A DNA stretch of 64,000 bases, taken from assembly GCA_947466585.1 (NCBI GenBank), contig CANIEU010000009.1, positions 14,923 through 78,922 on the forward strand, given 5' to 3'. The notes below the pieces were generated by a model, which had not been told where the DNA came from, ran no database searches, and was given only the letters and a program-made list of their open reading frames with translations. The position numbers were made by a program, and so were the translations under genes. How positions within the stretch are numbered: the first letter of the stretch is position 1; the number at the start of each line of letters is the position of its first letter. The DNA comes from Fibrobacterota bacterium (GTDB taxonomy: Bacteria; Fibrobacterota; Fibrobacteria; UBA11236). Positions 39,651 through 51,796 of this stretch are shown here, one piece after another.

Positions 39651-39795
39651 GAAGTGGAGTGGTTAGTGGATAGTGAATAGGGTGCTGTGGCTGGAGAGGT
39701 GACTCGTGTTTCGAGAAAACTACCCGCAGCATCCTTATTTGCATGTCTAACCACTATCCACTACCCACTATCCACTAACCACTCTTATCTACCTT
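39651..39795. repeat. Compound inverted-repeat element, AGTGG/CCACT type (copy D)
   Basis: Left arm gagtggttagtggatagtg is the exact reverse complement of the right arm cactatccactaaccactc. The right arm also contains ccactacccacta, shared with copy E. ~60-nt spacer. Confidence 0.8.
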
Positions 39796-39801
39796 CCCTC
39801 C

Positions 39802-41814
39802 GTGGCCACCTCCGAACTCATCCGTCTTACCGGCGTGGGGCCCAAGCGCCTCGCGGCGCTGCAAGCGGCGGGGATCCAGACCTTTCGCGACTTGGTGTAC
39901 CGGGTGCCGCGCCGCTACGTCGACCGCACGCGGCTGACGCCGATCGCCACGCTGAACGAGGGTGACGACGCCTTCTTCGTGGCCCGTATCGACTCGGTCA
40001 AAACCCCGCCGGGCCGTCTCAACGTCACCGTTTCGGATGAGACGGGCAGCTTCGAACTCGCCTTCTTCAACGCCGCGCAATTCCTGCGTCAAACGCTGCT
40101 CCCCGGCCGCCGCATCTCGGTGGCGGGCGTGGTCAAACGCTTCCGCACCTTGCAGATCGCGCACCCCGAGTGGGAGATTTTGCGGGAGGATCAAGACCCG
40201 CGCGGCGGCTTGCTGCCGTTGTACCCGCTCACCGAGGATTTGGCAGAGACCCGCGCCGAGCACAAGTTGCTGCAAAAGCTCGCCCTCGAAGCCCTCGACA
40301 CTTACGCATTCTCAGATCCGATTCCGTTGCCTGAGCGCACCTTCCTGGGCCTGCGTCCCGAGAAGGACGTCCTCAAAATCCTCCACGCGCCCGAGACCCT
40401 TGCCGATGTGGCCGCCGCGCTCGCCGAGTTGAAGACCCGCGAGCTGTGGCCGCTGTGCAGGGCCCGTGCCGAGGCCCGCCGCCTGCGTCGCACGCGCGGC
40501 AGGGCCTTTCCTTCTACTCCCACCGTTGAAGCGGCAGAGAAGGCCGTACGCGCGGCCTTGCCCTTCACGCTCACCGGCGGGCAGGAAGAGGTGCTTGCCC
40601 AGATTCACGCTGCAATGGGCGGAGGGGAGCAGGGACGAGGCCAGTTCTTCGGATTGCTGCACGGCGATGTGGGTTCGGGTAAAACGGCTGTGGCCTTGCT
40701 CTCTGCCGTGCGCGTGGTTGCGTCGGGATCACAAGTGGCCTTGCTCGCCCCAACCGAAATACTGGCGGTGCAGCATTACCGCAATCTGGAACCGTGGCTC
40801 CGCGCCGCCGGCATCGAGATCGCACTCCTCACGGGAGATACTGCGCCCGCGGACCGTCGCCACATCGAAGCGAAGCTGGCGGACGGAACCTTGCCGATCA
40901 TCGTGGGGACGCACGCCTTGCTCTCCAGCGGCACGGTGTTCAAAGATCTGCGTTATGTGCTGGTGGACGAGCAGCATCGCTTCGGCGTGGAGCAGCGCGC
41001 CCTGCTGACGCAGAAGGGCGTGGAGCCGCACGTGCTCTACCTCTCCGCCACGCCGATCCCGCGTACGTTGGCGCAGTCGCTGTACGGCGATCTCGAGGTA
41101 TTGACCCTGGCCGAAAAACCTGCGGGCCGCCTGCCGGTGAAAACGCGCATCGTGCCCGCCGCCAAGCAGGCGGAGCTGTTGCAGTTCCTCCGGGGCGAGA
41201 CGCTAACGAACAATAATCAGGTTTACTGGGTGGTGCCGCGCATCAGTTCGAGCGGCGAAGAAGAAGATGGTGTTGCCGGAATCGAGAGTGCAGTCAAACG
41301 CTTGAAAGCCGCCGCACCTAAAAACGAATGGAAGGTGGAGTCGGTTCACGGCCGGGTTCCCTCTGCCGATCGGGACCGCATCCTGTCCGCTTTTCGGCGG
41401 GGCGAAATCCACGCCCTGGTGGCGACCACGGTGATCGAGGTGGGCGTGGACGTGCCGGGCGCGAACCTGATGGTGGTGGACGGCGCGGATCGCTTCGGCA
41501 TGGCGCAGTTGCATCAGCTGCGCGGTCGCACGGGGCGCGGCGCGGCGCAGGCGTGGTGCTTTTTACTGGAGCCCTCGCCGCTGGGTTGGAACGAAGACAC
41601 TGAGGCCCGTCTGCGCGATTTCGCCGGTACCGAAGACGGGTTCGCGATTGCGGAGATGGACCTGAAGCGACGCGGTGCGGGCAGCCTCGACGGCAAGCAG
41701 CAAAGCGGGTTCGGCCTGTTGCGCTTTGCGGATATTCTGGAGGATGCGGATTTGATCCGCGAACTCGGCGCGCGCGCGGAGGCGTTCGCCGAGAGGGGCG
41801 TTGCCGGAACTTAA
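39802..41814 (+). CDS. recG: ATP-dependent DNA helicase RecG
   Basis: Wedge/OB N-domain, SF2 helicase motifs (GDVGSGKT, DEQHRFG, SATPIPRT), and a TRG motif region. GTG start. Confidence 0.9.
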   Translation: MATSELIRLTGVGPKRLAALQAAGIQTFRDLVYRVPRRYVDRTRLTPIATLNEGDDAFFVARIDSVKTPPGRLNVTVSDETGSFELAFFNAAQFLRQTLLPGRRISVAGVVKRFRTLQIAHPEWEILREDQDPRGGLLPLYPLTEDLAETRAEHKLLQKLALEALDTYAFSDPIPLPERTFLGLRPEKDVLKILHAPETLADVAAALAELKTRELWPLCRARAEARRLRRTRGRAFPSTPTVEAAEKAVRAALPFTLTGGQEEVLAQIHAAMGGGEQGRGQFFGLLHGDVGSGKTAVALLSAVRVVASGSQVALLAPTEILAVQHYRNLEPWLRAAGIEIALLTGDTAPADRRHIEAKLADGTLPIIVGTHALLSSGTVFKDLRYVLVDEQHRFGVEQRALLTQKGVEPHVLYLSATPIPRTLAQSLYGDLEVLTLAEKPAGRLPVKTRIVPAAKQAELLQFLRGETLTNNNQVYWVVPRISSSGEEEDGVAGIESAVKRLKAAAPKNEWKVESVHGRVPSADRDRILSAFRRGEIHALVATTVIEVGVDVPGANLMVVDGADRFGMAQLHQLRGRTGRGAAQAWCFLLEPSPLGWNEDTEARLRDFAGTEDGFAIAEMDLKRRGAGSLDGKQQSGFGLLRFADILEDADLIRELGARAEAFAERGVAGT

Positions 41815-41972
41815 ACCTTGGCGTCGACCTTGGGCGTAAGCTGGATGACGCCGGTGGGCGTTCCGTAGAGTTCCAAGAGGGTCGGGGGGGCTTCGACGAC
41901 GACTTCGGGTTCGGGGGTCTGGAGCGCTTTGGCGGCGGCTTCGTTGCTTTTGATGTTGTCTTTGTGGGCCAT
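41811..41972 (-). CDS. Small hypothetical protein (53 aa)
   Basis: Strong GC3 bias in frame (MAHKDNIKSNEAAAKALQTPEPEVVVEAPPTLLELYGTPTGVIQLTPKVDAKV). Convergent with recG and overlapping it by 4 nt. Confidence 0.4.
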   Translation of the reverse strand: MAHKDNIKSNEAAAKALQTPEPEVVVEAPPTLLELYGTPTGVIQLTPKVDAKV

Positions 41973-42101
41973 GGTACGTCTTTGGTGACGGGAGCAAGAT
42001 TGCACCCGCGAGGGACTCGCGAAGGATGCAAAATGCGCGGGTCCATAACGGTTTGCTGCGAAAATACCGGCTTTAAATGACGGGATTGTTCAAAAGGCGC
42101 C

Positions 42102-43219
42102 TTATCCTTTTGGTTGAGGTTGCTTGAGGTGCTGGAGTTCGCGCTTTAGTTCCCGCATAAGTTCCCGTTTCAATTCGGCTTCGGTAGGGAGGTGGAGCTT
42201 GTATCGACTGGCAAATATTTTTTGGGCCTTTTCATTTCCGAGCGTATACCGGACGACAGCGTCATTCTTATCGGTACAGAGTAAGAGCCCTAAGGTGGGC
42301 TGGTCTGTACCACATCGGCGCTTTTGGTCGAAGTAGTTGACATAAAGCTGCATCTGTCCCAAATCTTGGTGCGTGAGCTTTCCCGTTTTGAGATCGATGA
42401 TCACGAAGCACTTGAGCACGGTGTGGTAGAAGACGAGATCGATGTAAAAATGGTCGCCGTCCAACGTGATGCGCTCCTGCCTAGAGATGAATGCGAACCC
42501 ACGTCCCAATTCAAATAGAAACGACTGAAGGTTGCTGATAAGGCCCGATTCCAGTCCTGATTCTACGAGCCTTGGGGATTCGGGTAAGCCGAGGAATTCG
42601 ATTACGATCGGGTCTTTGAATACATCACCAGCAGACTTGTTTCCTGACCTTTTTGGGCGAGTCTCAAGAGACCTTTTTTGTCTTTGCTGAGCGCGAGTCG
42701 TTCATAGAGTAATCTGTTGATTTGACGTTCGAGTTCGCGTGCGGACCAGTTGTTTCGAGTCGCTTCGATTTCGTAGAAGGAACGTCCCTGTGGGTTGTCC
42801 ACCCTTAAGAGGTTTCGATAGTGGGTCCAGGAGAGGCCTAGGTTAATCTCACCGTGTTGAAAAGAATTTCCACTCACTGCGTGGAAATTCTCTCCCTCTT
42901 TGATCAGCCTTGGATAGGTTTGATAAAATTGTTTCATGTAGGCGAGATTCTGTGGCGAGTACCCAGGGCCCAGATCTTTCGTCATTCTTTTTGAAAGTTG
43001 TCGGATAAGGCCTCTTCCATATTCGGCCCGTCCGTTGCCTTTTTGTTCTTCTTCTACGATTTCGCGACCTACAAGCCAAAAGGCAATGACCTGCGCACTG
43101 TTCACAGAACGGGCAGCAGTGTCCCTTGCTTTTTCGAGTATTCCCAGAATCCTTTTGTAAAAGCCGGGTTTTCCGCGATTCGTTTTAGGCCCGACAATAG
43201 TGTGGGATTTGGTCAGCAT
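42102..43219 (-). pseudogene. DUF1016/YhcG-like PD-(D/E)xK nuclease, disrupted by a frameshift
   Basis: The N-terminal 205-aa ORF (42602-43219) and C-terminal ORF (42102-42509) belong to one family. The conserved KDPIVIEFLGLPE...GRGFAFISRQERI...IDLVFYH...IIDLK region is in a different frame from the N-part. The single-nt shift lies near 42600-42625. Confidence 0.7.
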
Positions 43220-43497
43220 AGGCTTCCTTTGTCAGAAGAAGCCTGAGAAGTTGATTTTTGGCGGTCTTAAATGCGAGTGACGATGGGTGCAATTTGAAGG
43301 GGAATAATGGGAACCTAAAAGAGGTCTGAAAATCGAGACGAAATGATTTGTCGCCGTTATCGAATTTCGGGTTTTGCCTTTCGAGGCGGTTTACAGGGAA
43401 TGTTCTGTGCCTAAGTTCGAGATGGTCAGGATGATCGATCTGATTTGTAATCCGGTTTCACCCAACGGTTCCATGGACTCGAACAAAGGAGACTCCA

Positions 43498-43656
43498 ATG
43501 CCCAAGCGTCGCACCCACCGGTATTTGATGATTACCTGCATGATCGCTCTCGCGTTGATTACGGCGGAGACGGCTCATCTTGAGGGTGCACAGGACCGGG
43601 CTCCGGCTTCGGCGCCGGTGGTGTTTGAGCATGCCCTGATGGCCAGTAACAGCTAG
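43498..43656 (+). CDS. Small hypothetical membrane protein (52 aa) with strong SD
   Basis: aaaggagactccaATG; the product MPKRRTHRYLMITCMIALALITAETAHLEG... has one predicted TM helix. Too short for the ORF track. Lies in the low-GC islet. Confidence 0.3.
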   Translation: MPKRRTHRYLMITCMIALALITAETAHLEGAQDRAPASAPVVFEHALMASNS

Positions 43657-43921
43657 TTGCGGGCCTTTGGAATGTTATCGGAATTGGGATTTGGATTCGA
43701 TCTGGCGGCTACGGTTTTTTCAGCACGAACCGCCCGGTCTTTTTGCCACCGACACGTTCTATCCAAAGGATCTGAACACAGCCGTGGGCTATTTCATAAG
43801 TAAAGCATATGGAAATTCATAAGTAAAGCGCAAGAGATGGTCGAGCCGATGTGGGTCGGCTCAAGGTCCGGCGTGCGGTGGGGTTAAGTCTGTGTGCCTG
43901 CGGCACGGATGGCCCTACTCC

Positions 43922-45796
43922 TCAGGTACTTTGGTTTTTTATTGAAAGTCTGGACTTGAAATAATCCCTTGTTTCGGAATCTGTGAAGTACACATAGCAG
44001 CCCTTTTGCCCACGCGTCATAAGCGTGCGGTAGGTATTCTTGATGATCAGGTCGGTCTGAATGGCCGTTGCAATTGGGTTTTCCCTCGACCGTTTCTTCC
44101 AACCGAACACCGACTTGTCGCCCCGTGCTCGTTTTGATGGATCAGTAACAACCTTGCCGTCACGGACAATTAGGTCGGGTCCTACGATGACTCCGACATA
44201 GTCGATTTCGAGGCCTTGGCAGGTGTGTATGCAGCCCACTTCGCTGACGGAATTTTTTTGAATGATCCAAGCCTGCCCGTGTTCATTAAGATTCCAAGTG
44301 GCGGCATATTCGCCGATATGGATATCCTTTTTTTCTGGATTATTCTTGCTGACCCATTCCCAGCAATACCCTGCAACAATGCGGGCTTTATTCTTCTCTT
44401 CGTTTTTGTATTTAATGAAATCGTGAAGAGCCTCTGGGTCATCAAACACCTTGAAGTCGTATTCGAGATCGGTAAGATCCGTGTTCGCGGTTTCTCGCAC
44501 CTGGAGCATGTTGTCGAGCCACGCGAGGTAACCATCGGAACCATTGCAGCGGAATTGGGATTCAAGCTGAAGCTCCGTAACTTCGGCTCCGGCTGCATTG
44601 GCAAACGTCCGAATTTGATTCATATCCCCGATATCTTCGAGGGTGACTCGTTGGTCTTCATCGAGAAAGAAAATGGCACAATTCGAGGCGTTGATGATTT
44701 CCATTACCTGATTTTCGCCCAGGTGTTTAAACATTCCGGATTTGAGATTCAACCTATGGGCTTCATCGACGATTAATGTGTCGTATGCGGACCGTTCAAG
44801 CGCGTGAAAACTTCCAGATCCACTGAAAAGTCCGGCAATGCGGTTCTTGCGCATTGTACCCGCGAGTTTGGCTTCATATACCAATCGGGGGGCAGAGTTT
44901 CGGGTGACGTAGAGCGCGTTGTGTTCGCGTTTACTCGTGAGCTCAACGAGTAGGTTGATTGCGAGAACCGATTTACCCGTTCCGGGGCCACCCTGAATAA
45001 TGAGAACTTTTTTGTGGGAGGGGGTGGCCAGCATGGCAAGGCGCAGGGCATGCTGGTAGGCGACTTTCTGGTCGTCGATCATGACGAACTCAGCGTTGCC
45101 TGAAAGCATGCCGGCGATGTGGTCGGCAAGGCCTTTGGAGGGCCGGATTCTGCCGTGTTCAATGCGGGTCATGATCCGGCTATCGTCGCCATGTTTGATG
45201 CGTTCGCCGATATAACCGCGGAGCTTTAAAGCGTCGGGCTTTAAGAATAAGGGGGCGCGCTCGATGTGTTCGGCGTAGCGATCATTCCGAATGACCTCAT
45301 CTGGTGCGTAGTTGTGCAAATATGCGCAGGGATGAAGCTGGATGGCGTCTTCTTCGACGGTGGCATTGTAATCCTCTAAGAGCCGTTTATACGACCAAGC
45401 CTGATAAGAGGGGTGGGTGAGTTCCCGTTCTCCTTTGCCTACAAAGGTGGTGACGACGGCATCAAGTTCGGTGATCCCTGCTGTTTGCCACTGTTTGAGT
45501 TCAATGAGTACCACGCTTTCTTGGCATTCGCCGTCGCGCCCGGTGATGATGAAGTCGATGCGCTTGGAAGACCGGGGAATGTGGTATTCAATGGCGACAC
45601 CGGAGTCTTTGGCGATTTCGTCGGTGGCGAGGACTCGCTCCATGTGTTGGAGCGAGTTGGCCCAGGAGCGGATTTCTGCGGCTCCGACTTTGTGGCCGCC
45701 GGTGGCCTTTTTGAAGGCGTCCAGAATGATGTTTTCGATGTCGTTACTCAAGACATCGATTTGGAATTGTTCCTTGGTCGCGGAGTAGACGATCAT
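43922..45796 (-). CDS. DUF2075-family protein: N-terminal PD-(D/E)xK nuclease-like domain fused to SF1-like P-loop ATPase
   Basis: N-terminal IDFIITGRDGECQESVVLIELKQW (D...E.K nuclease signature). Walker A VLIIQGGPGTGKSVLAINLL and Walker B DTLIVDEAHRL. Low-GC context, so likely horizontally acquired. Confidence 0.75.
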   Translation of the reverse strand: MIVYSATKEQFQIDVLSNDIENIILDAFKKATGGHKVGAAEIRSWANSLQHMERVLATDEIAKDSGVAIEYHIPRSSKRIDFIITGRDGECQESVVLIELKQWQTAGITELDAVVTTFVGKGERELTHPSYQAWSYKRLLEDYNATVEEDAIQLHPCAYLHNYAPDEVIRNDRYAEHIERAPLFLKPDALKLRGYIGERIKHGDDSRIMTRIEHGRIRPSKGLADHIAGMLSGNAEFVMIDDQKVAYQHALRLAMLATPSHKKVLIIQGGPGTGKSVLAINLLVELTSKREHNALYVTRNSAPRLVYEAKLAGTMRKNRIAGLFSGSGSFHALERSAYDTLIVDEAHRLNLKSGMFKHLGENQVMEIINASNCAIFFLDEDQRVTLEDIGDMNQIRTFANAAGAEVTELQLESQFRCNGSDGYLAWLDNMLQVRETANTDLTDLEYDFKVFDDPEALHDFIKYKNEEKNKARIVAGYCWEWVSKNNPEKKDIHIGEYAATWNLNEHGQAWIIQKNSVSEVGCIHTCQGLEIDYVGVIVGPDLIVRDGKVVTDPSKRARGDKSVFGWKKRSRENPIATAIQTDLIIKNTYRTLMTRGQKGCYVYFTDSETRDYFKSRLSIKNQST

Positions 45797-46140
45797 AGCT
45801 CGGTGTATTTGGCGGAACTGCCCTTGGCTTTGTCAATCGGGTACTTGGCCTCGTTTTCAACCATCTTTTGCTCAAGGGCGGCCATGAGGTCGATGCCATG
45901 CTTGTCGGCGAGCATGAGGGTCCAGTAGAAGACATCGGCAAGCTCGGCGGCGAGTTTGTCCTCGGACCCGGGTTTGATCTGGTTGTCTTGAGTCCACTGG
46001 AAGAGCTCTAGGACCTCGGAGGCTTCGAGCTGGAGGCTGATGGCCAGATTTTTTGAATCGTGAAATTGTGACCAGTCCCGGGCTTCACAAAACTTCCGGA
46101 TTTTGCCGATGATCACACTTAATTGCGCAGAAGTTCCCAT
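45793..46140 (-). CDS. MazG-like nucleotide pyrophosphohydrolase (all-alpha NTP-PPase) small protein
   Basis: EExxE...ExxD-type metal-binding pattern (LEASEVLELF...AAELADVFYW). ~115 aa. Stop overlaps the DUF2075 start (ATGA). Confidence 0.65.
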   Translation of the reverse strand: MGTSAQLSVIIGKIRKFCEARDWSQFHDSKNLAISLQLEASEVLELFQWTQDNQIKPGSEDKLAAELADVFYWTLMLADKHGIDLMAALEQKMVENEAKYPIDKAKGSSAKYTEL

Positions 46141-46565
46141 GGGGTGAAGTTTAGCATCACAGTGGAATAAAAGTGTGACACCAGAAAAGGACTCCCCCTT
46201 CGATCGAATCACACGCCTACAACTTACTGACCCACCCCACATCCACCTCACCGCCGCATCCCCAACGAAACCCGAAACCCGCGTTCCCACACCGAACCCG
46301 ACTCAAACAAAAATCAAACGCCTACCCATAACCCTCCCTGATGAAACCTTTGCAAACCTATGACACAGCTGTGATACTCCACCTCTCCGCACCCCGTATA
46401 TTCCCCATGTCGACAACACGTCGCAACCCGGACGGCCGGATCAGTAGGGGGGACCCTCCCAACGATTCAGGACGAGAAACAGAGGTCCCTGCGGCGGGGG
46501 TAAAGCAAGAGCGGTTCGCAATACAGCGGACCGCCCTTTTCTATTGACCAAATCCTATCGGCCAC

Positions 46566-46598
46566 AAAAAAAACGAGCCCCCGAGGGAGGACTCGTTT
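46566..46598 (-). terminator. Rho-independent terminator (minus strand) after the frameshifted secreted-protein gene
   Basis: Minus strand reads aacgagtcctccc-tcgg-gggctcgtt followed by T8. Confidence 0.65.
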
Positions 46599-46713
46599 TG
46601 CAATCAGGGCCACGGGTTAATCACCACCCGAGACCCTCACTACGCCCTACAAAAACAGCTTACTTCAAGACTCCGCCTACGGCGGACTTCGGGCCTTCGG
46701 CCCTCAGCATCAC

Positions 46714-47525
46714 TTATTTGAGGACCATTACGGCCAGCGGCGAACCGGTGTGTTGGCGGTTGTGCAGATAATAGCCCCGGTTGTAATCCAGGTACACATC
46801 ATCCGACGAATGCCACTTCGTGTTCCAGTTTTCCGGATACGGATCCACGATCACGAACTCATCGCCCTCATGCTTGAAATGCGCATAGCCGTCGATCATC
46901 GTCGGCTCGTCGCCGATGCGGAAATCATGCGCCACGGTGTAGTACTTCTCATAGGCCGGCTGCGTAATGAAAGCGCCGCCGTAACCGCCGCGTGGGTCCA
47001 GGTCGAACGATCCCGCTTCCAGTTCTTGGAGCGCGCATTGTTCCAATCCTTACCACCCTGCCAGGTACCGGTCTGGCGCCACATGCGTTCGTCTTGCCAC
47101 TTCTTCGCATCCTCATCCGAACGAACGGGATGATCCTCGTGATGCGTATGCCCCTTCATGGTGGCGTTCACGTGGGTCATCTTGTTCTTGGAGCCCGGGC
47201 CCTTGGTGCCGGCGGCAGCTTCCATTCGGTGCTCATGACGCCAGCGCATTTCGGCATCGCGACGCTCCTGCGCTTCTGCGGAGTCCTTCGGCGGGTGCGC
47301 GTATTCGAACTTGTGACCGGGTTCGTACTTGTCATCCTCCATGCGCTCGGAAGCACTCGTTTTCGGCTTGGCAAAGCTCGGCTGTGTGGTCACCAAGCCA
47401 AGGCCCGCCAACACCAGCAGCGTCATCGTGCCGAGCAAAATCTGCGGCATGGGTGAACGCGTCAGAATATTGGCGGATGAAGGGGAAGGAGGTTTGTTAA
47501 AAGGGGTCGGAATTTTTTGGGTCAT
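46714..47525 (-). pseudogene. Secreted hypothetical protein with internal frameshift
   Basis: The signal-peptide-bearing N-part (ORF 46896-47639) and C-part (46714-47046) overlap in different frames. Coding signal (GC3) switches frame near 46975-47010. An upstream in-frame ATG at 47639 is the alternative start. Confidence 0.5.
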
Positions 47526-48164
47526 CTGAATCTCCGGGTTATGGGGGTCCATCAATGAACTTGGAACGCCTCCGCGGGCGTAGGGGGTCTTGACCCCAAG
47601 TCCTTCGAAACGACGATGAAGACCGGACGTTGAAAACACAACCTTTGAAACCTACGGCATCGTCTCCATCGATAATCCCGCATCAGAGTGGGGATGGCTC
47701 CGAATAGAATCCTCCACCACGATCGCGAGTACCGCTGAAGCCGTGAGCAACGACAGCAGTACCGCGCCGATGGTCAGCATCGAACGACGCACCCTCAGGC
47801 TATGGAAGGAATGGGCATCTTGGGAAGGCGGTTTCAGGTACAACGGCATGGCGGAACTCCGGGGCAGGGGCGGGCGGAGCTACAAGAGACACCCCGAAAG
47901 ACAGCAAATGAAGGAGGTTTAACCCGGTGTTTTCGAAATTTCCCAAAAAGCGGGAAATTTCGATTACGGCGGGTGAAACCTAGGGAATGTGTGGCCCCAA
48001 CTTTGGCGCAACTATGACACAAATGCGACACTTCGTTACTGGGGGCGCGGTAGATTACAAGAAGTCAACCTGCTCTGTACCCCGGACGGATGAACCAAGG
48101 CTCTCTCTCCCCTGAGGTTCAAACGAGAAACAAGGGTCACTGCGGCGCATGATGACAAGGAAGG

Positions 48165-48196
48165 GGCGGCTCTAGCGGGCTGCCCTTTCTTTTTGG
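48165..48196 (+). terminator. Candidate intrinsic terminator with no annotated upstream gene
   Basis: ggcggctc-tagc-gggctgcc (2 GU pairs) followed by ctttctttttgg. Nearest upstream plus-strand coding is more than 5 kb away. Confidence 0.35.
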
Positions 48197-48475
48197 CCTC
48201 CAATCCCGCTGCGCGCCTATTTCCCGTATTGACAAGCACTTACGCGAAGCCCGTCCCCCCGGCAGAACCTCGAACCCGCGCGCGCTCGGGCAGGCAATCG
48301 ATCTGAAGCCGGTTCCGAACAACCCGATGCCTTGTTAATGACGAAAAGAGGGGTAGGGAAGGGCCCTGTAAAGAACTAACTTTCCCCCGGTTTTGCGATT
48401 TTTCGCCCTTTTTTAAGTCTTCCGAAGTCGCTGCTGCAGTCAAATACAAGCTTTAACCGAGAACGGGACCGGTTC

Positions 48476-51709
<3,234 letters not shown>

Positions 51710-51796
51710 CCGGTGGAATCGATTGTAGGGGCGAATGATCCTTCGCCCCTACACCCCGCGTGGGAACCCGCCCTCATTTTCGTACAATATCCCCTT

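Noticed and set aside
46341-46547. 68-aa plus-strand ORF ending in a hairpin + T-tract (46506-46545)
   Set aside because: Codon usage is mixed and there is no RBS or homology. It may be a small gene or sRNA, but evidence is insufficient to call.
47652-47849. 65-aa minus-strand ORF with a hydrophobic segment (MLTIGAVLLSLLTASAVLAIVV)
   Set aside because: It lies in the probable 5'-UTR of the adjacent secreted-protein gene. No start context or conservation can be assessed, so it is left uncalled.
48100-48130. gaggttcaaacgag resembling a tRNA T-loop
   Set aside because: No acceptor or anticodon stems can be built around it.
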